Origin: a virus
Lineage: Duplodnaviria > Caudoviricetes
Length of the DNA: 25,918 nucleotides
Reading direction: 5' to 3' (one strand)
Virus record (IMG/VR): IMGVR_UViG_3300046096_000140
Location: 1-25,918 of that record
Shown here: in pieces, positions 1 through 8,932 of the stretch
Numbering within the stretch: position 1 is the first letter of the stretch
Layout of the letters: each line of letters opens with the position of its first letter
Made by a program: the position numbers and the translations under genes
The notes under the pieces: model-generated
What the model was told of the DNA's origin: nothing
Seen by the model: the letters and a program-made list of their open reading frames with translations, nothing else
The model's database searches: none

Positions 1-886
1 AGTAACTCAAATCATCATCGTCTCCATCATCAGCAACTGCTTTCTTTTTGACTGGTTCGATTTTGCGAGGGGCAGATTCAGTCTTTGTCTCGAATGGAGG
101 ATCATCGTCATCAATGGAGGTATTGCGAGATGCTGCTGGTTGAACAGAACTACCACTCATGACCTTTTCAAATTCTGCTTTGAGAACATCATAAGCCTTG
201 AACCTACCGGGATCGGTAAACTCACTCAGGCGATGGCAACCATCAATTGCTGCTTGTTGCTTTTCTTCGTCACCACCAAACAGTTCGGCAACAGAGTCAA
301 ACTCAGAACTGTCGTAGTTGGTATAACCAGCAACTTTCTTCATGCGAAGTTTGAAGTTCGCACCTTCCCAAATGTCATACACCAAAACCGGCTTATCATC
401 ATCAAACTCTGGCTTTGCTTTAGCAACAATCATATCATGAATTTTCTTGCCATAACGGAACAAAAATGTCTTACCATTATTGTCTGGGTTTGCTGGGTCT
501 TTCAGAACCACGATGTTGGAAATGTATTGAGTGCGGCGTTTACGCTTGCGAACCTCTTCTTGGATAGAAGGATCGTTGGTTGCCCAATCAGCGGCATTGC
601 GGTCACTTACGGGGTCAGGCAAGCCGATAGTGCTTGGAGACTCATTGATATACCACTTACCAGTTGTGCCCTTAAACCCAAAGGAATAAGTTTTAACCCA
701 AGGCAAGTCGTCACCTTTTACGGGAGGAAGAAAGTGAATAACAGCAGAGCCATTACCTTCTTTATCGGGAGTCATTGACCAAAACCGAGTATCTTCTTTT
801 CGATTATTTCCACCACCATCAATGTCTTTGGTGATTTTATCAAAAATGGAGGCACGGGATTTGCGGAGTTCGGACAGAGTTGTCAT
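1..886 (-). CDS. gp32: Single-stranded DNA-binding protein gp32 (runs off the window edge)
   Basis: Manual translation: MTTLSELRKSRASIFDKITKDIDGGGNNRKEDTRFWSMTPDKEGNGSAVIHFLPP..., with an acidic tail near the window edge. This fits the T4 gp32 N-terminus and its position after gp59. An alternative ATG lies at 892. Not in the ORF track. Confidence 0.95.
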   Translation of the reverse strand, partial: MTTLSELRKSRASIFDKITKDIDGGGNNRKEDTRFWSMTPDKEGNGSAVIHFLPPVKGDDLPWVKTYSFGFKGTTGKWYINESPSTIGLPDPVSDRNAADWATNDPSIQEEVRKRKRRTQYISNIVVLKDPANPDNNGKTFLFRYGKKIHDMIVAKAKPEFDDDKPVLVYDIWEGANFKLRMKKVAGYTNYDSSEFDSVAELFGGDEEKQQAAIDGCHRLSEFTDPGRFKAYDVLKAEFEKVMSGSSVQPAASRNTSIDDDDPPFETKTESAPRKIEPVKKKAVADDGDDDDLSY

Positions 887-1478
887 ATTCATCTTTCAAT
901 TTATAGTTGCTGAAGAAGTCGTCGATTTGGCTTGAATGCTTGAGAGCTAAAGTGCCTTGCTTGACGAAACGGTTTGCTTTGTTCATGCGAACAACATACT
1001 TAGGTGCATCAAAACCGTCAATCATGGAAAAAATTGGCGTATGCCGGTTAATCATAATGACAGTCTCATACTGAATATGCCGTGATAACACTGCTGAAAT
1101 GAACCTCTTTTGAAGGAACCCTTCCAGTGATTTGGCTTTTCCTGAATCAATCAAGGAGCCAATCCACGACAAATCTCTATCCAAAACATGATCAAACGAC
1201 TGTTTAACCATGTTCCAGTGAGAATAGTTCTCCAACCCTTCTTCTGGGTCAGAATAGAGGAAATCTTTGAATCCATACAGCATGTTTGCTGCTGTCAATT
1301 CAATGATTTCTCGTTCGGTTTTAAGAGCCTTGATGAAAGGCAGAATGCGATTGAAATCGCGGCGGGATGATTCTGTTGGAGACCAACTCAGTTTTCCATT
1401 TGATTGGAAAACGTCATAGTTGGTAATGAAATGAAGACGAGTTGTGATGTAAAGACGAAACGCTTTTTCAGGTGTCAC
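840..1478 (-). CDS. gp59: Helicase loader gp59
   Basis: N-terminus AFRLYITTRLHFITNYDVF...GK resembles gp59; 212 aa; gp33-gp59-gp32 synteny. Confidence 0.85.
   Translation of the reverse strand: MTPEKAFRLYITTRLHFITNYDVFQSNGKLSWSPTESSRRDFNRILPFIKALKTEREIIELTAANMLYGFKDFLYSDPEEGLENYSHWNMVKQSFDHVLDRDLSWIGSLIDSGKAKSLEGFLQKRFISAVLSRHIQYETVIMINRHTPIFSMIDGFDAPKYVVRMNKANRFVKQGTLALKHSSQIDDFFSNYKLKDEYDNSVRTPQIPCLHF
898..905 (-). promoter_or_regulatory. Possible T4-type late promoter (TATAAATT, 7/8 match to TATAAATA) upstream of gp32
   Basis: Minus strand reads ctataaattgaaagatgaatATG. Confidence 0.4.
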
Positions 1479-2022
1479 TTCGGTTCAAGAAAGTTTTTTG
1501 TGGTTGAGCAGTTTCTTCAAACGTAAATGTTCGACCATTACGAAGCATGGAATGAAACTCTCCCACTCGATTTGGCTTAAATGTTCCAACTGGATGAGTT
1601 TTTCCCTTTCCGGGGAATGCATTCTCATTGGTTCCAATCAGAACGGCTTCTTCTCTGTCATGTGGTTTGTGGAGAATTGAGTCTTGATCGTATTTTTCTC
1701 CATGTTTCAATAGAAAATCTTTGAGCTTACCGCCATCATCTGAGTCGGAACCAATGACGACAAATGCTTTTTCATTGACAGGAGTTTCGTGATCGGTTCC
1801 CTTGTGTTCAATGTATTTCCCGTTTACAGGAACGTAACCGAATCCATGAGCACGAATTTCCCCACGAAGTTTTTCATATCGCTCAACATTTTCTTCGTCA
1901 GGCAAGTTTTGACGACTTGCCGTTAGAATACCAACCTCACGATTTTTGGTATGACTCAGGAGCCGGGAAAGGTTACTCTCATTGAGAATATCTTCTGCAA
2001 TTTCAATTAAAGATTTTGTCAT
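1468..2022 (-). CDS. Conserved phage protein (DUF3293-like), possibly a processed head/internal protein
   Basis: SRLLSH...GILTASR...L..EIR..GFGY.PV.G.Y.E...E..F.V...KYDQDSIL pattern recalled from T4-like phages; likely start MTKSLIE at 2022. Confidence 0.6.
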   Translation of the reverse strand: MTKSLIEIAEDILNESNLSRLLSHTKNREVGILTASRQNLPDEENVERYEKLRGEIRAHGFGYVPVNGKYIEHKGTDHETPVNEKAFVVIGSDSDDGGKLKDFLLKHGEKYDQDSILHKPHDREEAVLIGTNENAFPGKGKTHPVGTFKPNRVGEFHSMLRNGRTFTFEETAQPQKTFLNRSDT

Positions 2023-2023
2023 T

Positions 2024-2296
2024 TTATTCAATACAAGCTGTGTTATATGCAATTGGGGTGGTGCGAGACATTGAGTATTCTGTCTTGGCTTCTTGGTAAA
2101 TTTTCTGTTTCAATGTTATTGAAATCAGTGTTGCCAAATCTTCATACTCGCAACCATGAACGTCTGCATACTGACAGATGATCTGAAGGTATGACAATTC
2201 TGGGTGAGCAATCTTAGACTCCTCTACCCAGATTGAGAATTTAGACGATGAGGCAGCGTGGAGGGCTAAATTCGGCATTTCGACTATTTGGGTCAT
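2024..2296 (-). CDS. gp33: Late transcription coactivator gp33
   Basis: FS..VE......SYL..I..Y...GCEYE....LIS..LKQKI..EA pattern; size and synteny. Confidence 0.8.
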   Translation of the reverse strand: MTQIVEMPNLALHAASSSKFSIWVEESKIAHPELSYLQIICQYADVHGCEYEDLATLISITLKQKIYQEAKTEYSMSRTTPIAYNTACIE

Positions 2297-2438
2297 CTTT
2301 TCGGGTTACCTTGTTGGATGGATGAAGTAGCCATCGGTCACCAAGATTTGCGATTGCCTTTTGAAGGCGCTCTTGATTGCGCTTCACGAGTTCATCAATT
2401 TCTTGGTCACTGATTGCTGGTTTGATGTATTTGGACAT
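2241..2438 (-). CDS. Hypothetical protein
   Basis: 65 aa ORF directly downstream of a consensus promoter. Confidence 0.7.
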   Translation of the reverse strand: MSKYIKPAISDQEIDELVKRNQERLQKAIANLGDRWLLHPSNKVTRKDDPNSRNAEFSPPRCLIV

Positions 2439-2444
2439 GATGGT

Positions 2445-2473
2445 ATTGTATCAAAAGTTTGGTTGAATGTCAA
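2445..2473 (-). promoter_or_regulatory. Sigma70-type early promoter, probably leaderless transcript
   Basis: TTGACA-N17-TACAAT with TG extension; only 6 nt between -10 and ATG at 2438. Confidence 0.8.
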
Positions 2474-2480
2474 GCTAAAA

Positions 2481-2957
2481 TCAATGAATTCCATACAGAC
2501 GAAGAACGGGGAGCCATCCAAGAATGAAAAAAGAAACATATGAGGACGCCATCCAACAGACATAACGAGCCCGATATTTACCAATCAGAGATGGTGGTTT
2601 CAGAGCAATCAAAAACACGTGAACAACCGCTACAACAACGAACGCATAGTTAAACAGTTCGTCCTTTGTCATCAACGGATATTTATTGGAAAGCCAAGAA
2701 TTGATGCCATATCCATGAAAAAAGGCCATCATCATGGTGATGAAAAATATCACCAAAAAGAAATTGTCCTTTGAACGATTGACACCAAACTTTACGACAT
2801 TATGTAAGTTTTCTTCCAATGTTTTTGGGTTCTGTGTCAATCGAGTTTTGAATGTTAACCCCATTCGCATTTCAACTGTCCATATGATAACGTATATCGT
2901 GGCATAGATCAAAAATGCTTTGGAGTGTTCAGTGAAGAGTAGGTCAGAGTAGTTCAT
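2481..2957 (-). CDS. Hypothetical membrane protein
   Basis: 158 aa with about four hydrophobic segments; promoter immediately upstream. Confidence 0.7.
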   Translation of the reverse strand: MNYSDLLFTEHSKAFLIYATIYVIIWTVEMRMGLTFKTRLTQNPKTLEENLHNVVKFGVNRSKDNFFLVIFFITMMMAFFHGYGINSWLSNKYPLMTKDELFNYAFVVVAVVHVFLIALKPPSLIGKYRARYVCWMASSYVSFFILGWLPVLRLYGIH

Positions 2958-2964
2958 GGCCTGA

Positions 2965-2994
2965 ATTGTATCACGATTTTTACGTGATAGTCAA
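2965..2994 (-). promoter_or_regulatory. Sigma70-type early promoter
   Basis: TTGACT-N18-TACAAT; TATCACG/CGTGATA inverted repeat in the spacer; 7 nt to ATG at 2957. Confidence 0.7.
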
Positions 2995-4677
2995 CAGCGC
3001 AAAATCATTTTTCTTCTCTACCCTGATTGAACGGTCAAAAACTTCTGGAACAACGTCTTTGTGTGACACCACAAAAACATGGATTCCTGTCCCGATGCTC
3101 TCCAAGATGTTCATGAAAACGTCAATAGCATCGGCATCTAAACTCTTGTCAAGGGTTTCATCAAAAATCAGTATGTTTGTGACTGCTGAATTTTTCTGAA
3201 GAGCAATTTCACGCCATGCAAACAGGATAGCCAAGTCAATTCTTTGTTTCTCTCCCTCCGAGAAAGAATTGTATGAAAAACTGTCTCTGTTTCTTGACTT
3301 GATGGTTTCATTGAACTCGCTATCAAGTTCAAAATTCACAAACAAATCAAAGAGTTGAAGAAAATGGTTGATCTTTTGGTTCATGAGTGGAATGAACTCC
3401 TGAACGATCATTGCTTTGACTCCAGAGTCCTTACAAAGTTCCTGTGCTGCCAAAAGAATTGACTGTCGAGCAACCAAGGCGCTCTTTGATTCAACCAGTT
3501 CCTCCATTGTCGATAATGCTTCAGTAACATTCTGTTTGACTTTGATTTCAGTGTCGCTCACGTCCTTTAAAACCAGTCCAGAAAGCTGTTCAGTCAGCGT
3601 TTTTATCTTCCAATCTGTCTCATTGACCTTTACCAAAGAATCTTCCAATTCTTTCAGGACAGTTTGAAGTTCTGTTTGTTTTTGTTGTAAATTTACAACA
3701 ATTTCATTCATTTCGTTTCGTTTAGATTCCAACTCAGAAATTTTCTGATTTGACTTGGCATCAATCTCCAATCTTACCTTTTCATCAATGACTTGCTCAC
3801 AAGTCGGGCACTTCTCCTGATGGTAAAATTCTTTTGTGTCGATCAGGGTTTGAATTTCAGTTGAAATTTTAACCAAAGCATTACTGGCCGATGAACTTGC
3901 CTTTGTCAATGCTTCGTTCTTTGCTTTTGTTTTTGATAGCTGTTCTGAAGGCTCTGTAACACTTGAACGAAAATCGTTCAGAGTTTTTAGTTTATCAAGA
4001 ACATCTTGTCTCTGTCTCTCTATATCACTGGCTTGCTTCTGCTTTTCTTCTTGAATAGAATCAAGAACTTCTTTTGATTTTTTCAAACCATCTTTAACTA
4101 CAGCAACCTTGATGTCAATATCAGAAATATCTTTTTTGGTTGTTGCAATCCTCTCTCGAACAACCCTTGCGGCCTCAGTAAAGATTTTGATTGGAAGCAT
4201 TGTCTCCACAACTTCTCGTCGCTGTGGAGTCGATAATCGCATGAAAGGAATGTAGTTTGCCGAACCAATAACAACAACCTGTTTAAACGTCATGAAGTTC
4301 ATGCCAAGAATCCCATCAAGATATTCCTGATACGATCCTCGGACAGCTTCCTCTTCAATTGGAATCCCGTTCTTCTCAATCAAAAACACCGAAGGTTTCT
4401 GTCCACGAGTAACGGTATATGTGTCACCATCACGAGTGAACGCTCCCCTAACGACCATGCCCTTACCATTGATACTGTTAATCAGTTGACCGAGCTTAAT
4501 GTCTCGATATGGTTTACCAAAAAATACATAGCACATTGAATCAAGAAGGATGCTGGATTTTCCTGCTCCATTCTTTCCTGTAATGATTGTATTTCGGTGA
4601 GTATTCAGTGTCAGTTTGGTCGGGGCGTTCCCATAGTTCATGAAGTTTTTAACTTCAATCCACTCAAACAAAATCAT
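2980..4677 (-). CDS. gp46: Recombination endonuclease ATPase subunit gp46 (Rad50/SbcC-like)
   Basis: Walker A GKNGAGKS, zinc hook CPTC, signature FSEGEK, Walker B LIFDE, H-loop VVSH. Confidence 0.97.
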   Translation of the reverse strand: MILFEWIEVKNFMNYGNAPTKLTLNTHRNTIITGKNGAGKSSILLDSMCYVFFGKPYRDIKLGQLINSINGKGMVVRGAFTRDGDTYTVTRGQKPSVFLIEKNGIPIEEEAVRGSYQEYLDGILGMNFMTFKQVVVIGSANYIPFMRLSTPQRREVVETMLPIKIFTEAARVVRERIATTKKDISDIDIKVAVVKDGLKKSKEVLDSIQEEKQKQASDIERQRQDVLDKLKTLNDFRSSVTEPSEQLSKTKAKNEALTKASSSASNALVKISTEIQTLIDTKEFYHQEKCPTCEQVIDEKVRLEIDAKSNQKISELESKRNEMNEIVVNLQQKQTELQTVLKELEDSLVKVNETDWKIKTLTEQLSGLVLKDVSDTEIKVKQNVTEALSTMEELVESKSALVARQSILLAAQELCKDSGVKAMIVQEFIPLMNQKINHFLQLFDLFVNFELDSEFNETIKSRNRDSFSYNSFSEGEKQRIDLAILFAWREIALQKNSAVTNILIFDETLDKSLDADAIDVFMNILESIGTGIHVFVVSHKDVVPEVFDRSIRVEKKNDFALLTIT

Positions 4678-5704
4678 AATTTCCTAACTGGTCAAAAATG
4701 TCCGACATTTCTTTCAATACAGCATCTCCATCTTGGATTCCATTGGATTTGATGTATGACGATACATAGTCGATTTGCGTTCTCGGAACAACGGAGTCGA
4801 TGGCGGTTTCAGTAACCACATCTTCATTCGTCTCCAACACCTTAATATCTTCAATTGGGGAAAATCCCATCATTCTCTCTCGATACTCCCCAAATTCTTT
4901 GGTCTTGGCACTGGAAGAATCAACTCGAATTCGATGGATGCCTCCATGAATGTCGTCTTTGGTAAATTCTTGTGGATAATCCCACACATGAAACATGGAC
5001 TTGTTATTTTTCACCCTTTCCATGTTTTTACCATCAAATACCCAAAATCCCTTGGGGTCTTTATAGTCAACCCACGTCAACTCATATGGAGTGCCGGTGT
5101 AGTGAACATTGTCTCGAATAGAATGTGTGTGATAGTGTCCAGAAATGACTTTATCAAATCTACCATAGTCGGTGTGGACGTGACCTGCGGTTGATAGTGT
5201 CCCGCGATGATATTCAAATCCCAAGAACTCAAAATGTCCAACCGCAACCGAAGCCTTGCTATTTTTCAATAGTTCCTCGGTTTCTTTCTGAGTCTCACGA
5301 CAAATCCAAGGAAAGCAAGCAAAATCAATTCCACCAAAGTTCACATCCTGTGGTGATGTAATGATGTTAAATTTAGGGTTGTTGTATGGAACAAGAACCT
5401 CTGAAACAGTGTTCAAAGAAGTCTTGTCACGATAATAACAGTCGTGATTGCCGATAATAACCAAGAGTTCGATTTTACGTCGAACCAACTCGTTCAGAAA
5501 TCTTTCTTTAATGAAGTTGCTGGCAAATGTTGTTAGGTGCGATGGCACATCAAACATGTCTCCGACTTGAAGAATATGTTTGATTCCACGATCCTCCATG
5601 AAATCAAACATATTGTCAATAGATTTTCCAAAATAGTCATGAAAAGCTGGTGATGACTTGCGAGCACCAATATGCATGTCTCCAAGAACCACAACCATAA
5701 TCAA
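4664..5704 (-). CDS. gp47: Recombination endonuclease nuclease subunit gp47 (Mre11/SbcD-like)
   Basis: Metallophosphoesterase motifs GDMH, GDMFD, GNHD, GHFE, SGHYH. Confidence 0.96.
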   Translation of the reverse strand: MIMVVVLGDMHIGARKSSPAFHDYFGKSIDNMFDFMEDRGIKHILQVGDMFDVPSHLTTFASNFIKERFLNELVRRKIELLVIIGNHDCYYRDKTSLNTVSEVLVPYNNPKFNIITSPQDVNFGGIDFACFPWICRETQKETEELLKNSKASVAVGHFEFLGFEYHRGTLSTAGHVHTDYGRFDKVISGHYHTHSIRDNVHYTGTPYELTWVDYKDPKGFWVFDGKNMERVKNNKSMFHVWDYPQEFTKDDIHGGIHRIRVDSSSAKTKEFGEYRERMMGFSPIEDIKVLETNEDVVTETAIDSVVPRTQIDYVSSYIKSNGIQDGDAVLKEMSDIFDQLGNYDFV

Positions 5705-6246
5705 TCCTCAATGGAAGCAGTGCTGGACTTGCGTTGGTCAGAAAGTTCTTTGGCTCGCAGTTTGGTTTTCTCTTTTTTTGCAGCAAGTTTTTCTTCAAAC
5801 TCATCAACGTCGAAATATGGAATGAAGTCGTTTGATGTTGGGTCAATTTCTCCATCATTACCAATCTCGTCATCCATGGATTCCAGTGGATTGGTGATAT
5901 ACATTTTTGCCTTGACGTATGACTCTCGCTTTTCGTTCCAAATCATGTCAATGAAAACCCTGAAGCATACCCGACTGAAGTATGAGAATGCATATGGACT
6001 CAGGTTGGCATCATATTTTAGAACTTTCTCGCAACAAGTAACGTATGCCTCGGAAACCATATCGTCACGAAAAGAATATCGAGCGAAGTTGTATTTCGAG
6101 GCATACTGTGTTGCAATCAGCATGAAACAGTCTGCAATGAATTTAGGGATGTCTGGTTGAGGGTTCCCTTTATCCATTTCACCCAAGGCAAAGTCACGGT
6201 AGGTGCGGAGAGCATTGGAGAAATCTTGATTGTTGACGTAATTCAT
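5701..6246 (-). CDS. gp55: Late sigma factor gp55
   Basis: YVNN.DF, NFARYSFRDDMVSE, PYAFSYF motifs; EK.E.Y.K C-terminal part. Confidence 0.95.
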   Translation of the reverse strand: MNYVNNQDFSNALRTYRDFALGEMDKGNPQPDIPKFIADCFMLIATQYASKYNFARYSFRDDMVSEAYVTCCEKVLKYDANLSPYAFSYFSRVCFRVFIDMIWNEKRESYVKAKMYITNPLESMDDEIGNDGEIDPTSNDFIPYFDVDEFEEKLAAKKEKTKLRAKELSDQRKSSTASIED

Positions 6247-6278
6247 TGTTGGTTATGGTAAAGTTGAACATAGACTGT

Positions 6279-6307
6279 ATTATAGCAAAAACACATAACC
6301 AAGTCAA
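6279..6307 (-). promoter_or_regulatory. Sigma70-type promoter for gp55-gp47-gp46
   Basis: TTGACT-N17-TATAAT with TGn extended -10. Confidence 0.8.
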
Positions 6308-6311
6308 GCGT

Positions 6312-8156
6312 TTAGTTCAAATCTATCCGACTTGCCTTAACTGAATACTTCCCACCACAAGTGACGCTGGCATTTTTTGAAACGTATGTGTCAAAATTTC
6401 CCTCTACATTCATGTTGGCATTTCCGCCAACAAGAACTTCTGCATTTCCATCAACTTGTATTTTTGTGTTTCCTTGAACAACGATAGTCAAGTTTCCCAT
6501 AACGCTTGTATCTGAGTCTTGAGCAACATGCGTTCGTTGGTTTCCCTCAATGATGGCGTTTGTGTCATATGCGGAAATCTGATTGATGTCCTTTTTTGAC
6601 TTCACAACAAATGTGCCATTTGGATGAACTTCAATGAATGAACCTGATGCATGATAAACGTGCAATCTCTCATATCCCGGAGTGTCATCGAGTTCAACAA
6701 CATGTCCAGAAATGGTTTCCGTTACCTTATTGAATGGATACTTCGTGTTGTATTGTGTTTGTGGTTCAGATATTGTTGCCTTACCAGCACTTTTTCCTGT
6801 TGTTAGAGACCTACGCTTCTTTTCAATGGCTGTATCACTAATGATACCACGAGCAAGTCTGGATACATCAACTTCATTATGCCTTCGTGGGAACTCTCCG
6901 TTCGGATCAACGAACCCTCTGATTGGGTTATTTGCCGAAGGAGCAACAGAAATTTTCTTCTCAGTTACAATCTGCTTCGTGTCCTCTTTGAACTCAACCT
7001 TTTTCTCCTCTTTCAGCACAACTGGTTGACAAACTCCATTTTCATAGGTTCTTGTAATGGCAATAAGTTGTGTTTTTTCTTCGTTGAATCTACGAATCAA
7101 CCCCGGCCAGAGTTTTGGCGAAGATTTGAAATTAACTTCAACATTTTGTATACGATAGTCGTACAAAATTTCAATGACTTTTGAATCACAAACATTTGGT
7201 TCTGGGTTACCAACAGCACTCTTTATGATTGATGCTGCTCCTCCCGGACCATGTTGAACTGACATTGACCAAATTGCTTCATGGATAGCTTTTTTCCTGT
7301 TTGTTATGCTTGGAGGAAGTTTGTCTACACAAACCTGATAGTATTGTCGTTCAATGTATTTGTGTTGGTCAGCAAGAAAATCAACCCTATTTGAACTCCC
7401 TAAACTTCTCCACATTGAATCGAATGCTTGAGTTGCTGGAGACAGCCCGCCAAATTTATCAGAATAAACTGATGCTTTAAGATACTGATTGACTGGAGAA
7501 TTTATGATCTGTGCTTTTTTAACACTGTCTCTTGTTGGGGTATCTGGTCCCTTCAGGTATGAAGCAAACTGATATGCTCCATATGAAGCTCCACCCAAGT
7601 CAGCACCGTTTGAATATGCATTAACTGTTCCTGGGTTTCCATTGGATTCATGTTTTGCCGAAACCGAACCAAGTTTTGACGGAATAACCCTTCCCGGATC
7701 GTTTGAATTTTCTTCAACAATTGGAGTTGGGGTTTCAGTTGGAGGTGTTGGTGGAGAAGTTGTTACTGGAGTCCCATCGCTTGTTGAGATCGGATTTCCT
7801 GAACTATCTCTAACGACGTTTTGGTCATCAACAGAACTTTCGCTGAATATCAACTCTTCACCAACAGCATCCTTCACCTCTTTAACTGGGTTTCCATGAA
7901 TTGAACCAATAACTACTGGGTATTGATTATCGTTGTCCAAAAATTCAACAGCAACCCATGCTCCCTGAACAATTCCAGTTGGCGATATTCCAATACCAGA
8001 TACACTACCCGATTGAATAGGACACAGACACATTGCCCACGGCAAACTTGAGATTGGGACAAGACTTGTATCGTCTGTGTGAATGCCGAAAATTCGGACA
8101 CGAACTCGACCTGCTTTTAGTGGGTCGTTAATATCTTCAATTACACCAAATTTCAT
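6312..8156 (-). CDS. gp5: Baseplate central spike/tail lysozyme gp5
   Basis: N-terminal OB-fold (GVIEDINDPLKAGRVRVRIFG.H, LPWA), central muramidase-like domain, YPFNKVTET.SGH..E.DDTPG.ER, beta-helix repeats, C-terminal SRIDLN. Confidence 0.95.
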   Translation of the reverse strand: MKFGVIEDINDPLKAGRVRVRIFGIHTDDTSLVPISSLPWAMCLCPIQSGSVSGIGISPTGIVQGAWVAVEFLDNDNQYPVVIGSIHGNPVKEVKDAVGEELIFSESSVDDQNVVRDSSGNPISTSDGTPVTTSPPTPPTETPTPIVEENSNDPGRVIPSKLGSVSAKHESNGNPGTVNAYSNGADLGGASYGAYQFASYLKGPDTPTRDSVKKAQIINSPVNQYLKASVYSDKFGGLSPATQAFDSMWRSLGSSNRVDFLADQHKYIERQYYQVCVDKLPPSITNRKKAIHEAIWSMSVQHGPGGAASIIKSAVGNPEPNVCDSKVIEILYDYRIQNVEVNFKSSPKLWPGLIRRFNEEKTQLIAITRTYENGVCQPVVLKEEKKVEFKEDTKQIVTEKKISVAPSANNPIRGFVDPNGEFPRRHNEVDVSRLARGIISDTAIEKKRRSLTTGKSAGKATISEPQTQYNTKYPFNKVTETISGHVVELDDTPGYERLHVYHASGSFIEVHPNGTFVVKSKKDINQISAYDTNAIIEGNQRTHVAQDSDTSVMGNLTIVVQGNTKIQVDGNAEVLVGGNANMNVEGNFDTYVSKNASVTCGGKYSVKASRIDLN

Positions 8157-8158
8157 TT

Positions 8159-8932
8159 TTAACCAATCGTGCAGTGATGAACTCGGAATGTTCCCTTGGG
8201 GGTTACCATCCGTTCTTCTTTACTTGGATCAATATTTATGACAATGTTTCGAGGAAGAATGATTTCCCTTTCTCCTTCATGGTCATCGCCGCGAACGTAT
8301 GCACATGGATGTCCCTTTGGAACATGGATTTTCATGATGTCACCATGTTCTGGATGCTTTGATGCAAAATCATTGGCTGCTCTAATCGACAAACTTGTTG
8401 ACGTAAATGCGGGATGATGAACGCTATTAGAAGCCTCTAAGACAGCCGCATGTTCCTTAGACGTGCCTGACCATACAACCATGTCCATCGGTGCCTTGTG
8501 GCTCGATATAACGTCATCCAGAGGCATCCTATCGACCTTCTTTCCGTCAATAAGGTCTTTATTGATTGACGAATCCTTGACATACGCATGAATGACTTTT
8601 TGTTCCTTACTCGTATAGTCTGGAAACTTTGAATCAACAGCATCAATTGCCTTGCGAAGTCCAATCTGAAACGCTTTCCTTGCCGAAGACTGAACTTGAT
8701 CTGCTCTGTCTGGATGAACACGAGAAATTCGACCATCGGGCATGGCAACTGCATACATCTCTGGGTCGGTTGGATGATTTATTAGAGTGTCACCAACAAA
8801 ATCTTTTGGTGATGGAGCATGCTCCTTTGGGCCAAGATAGTTAAAGTATTGTGGAGTCTCAAACGACTCATTGACATCACCAACCCTGTCAATATCAGAA
8901 AAGCTCTTTGGAATCGAAGGATGGATTCTCAT
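8159..8932 (-). CDS. ADP-ribosyltransferase (Alt/VIP2-like, R-S-E clade)
   Basis: VVWSG (usual YRG position), FTSTS, EGEREIILPRN (ExE catalytic motif). Confidence 0.8.
   Translation of the reverse strand: MRIHPSIPKSFSDIDRVGDVNESFETPQYFNYLGPKEHAPSPKDFVGDTLINHPTDPEMYAVAMPDGRISRVHPDRADQVQSSARKAFQIGLRKAIDAVDSKFPDYTSKEQKVIHAYVKDSSINKDLIDGKKVDRMPLDDVISSHKAPMDMVVWSGTSKEHAAVLEASNSVHHPAFTSTSLSIRAANDFASKHPEHGDIMKIHVPKGHPCAYVRGDDHEGEREIILPRNIVINIDPSKEERMVTPKGTFRVHHCTIG

Noticed and set aside
140-778. 212 aa plus-strand ORF in the track
   Set aside because: Antisense shadow of gp32, which is clearly encoded on the minus strand.
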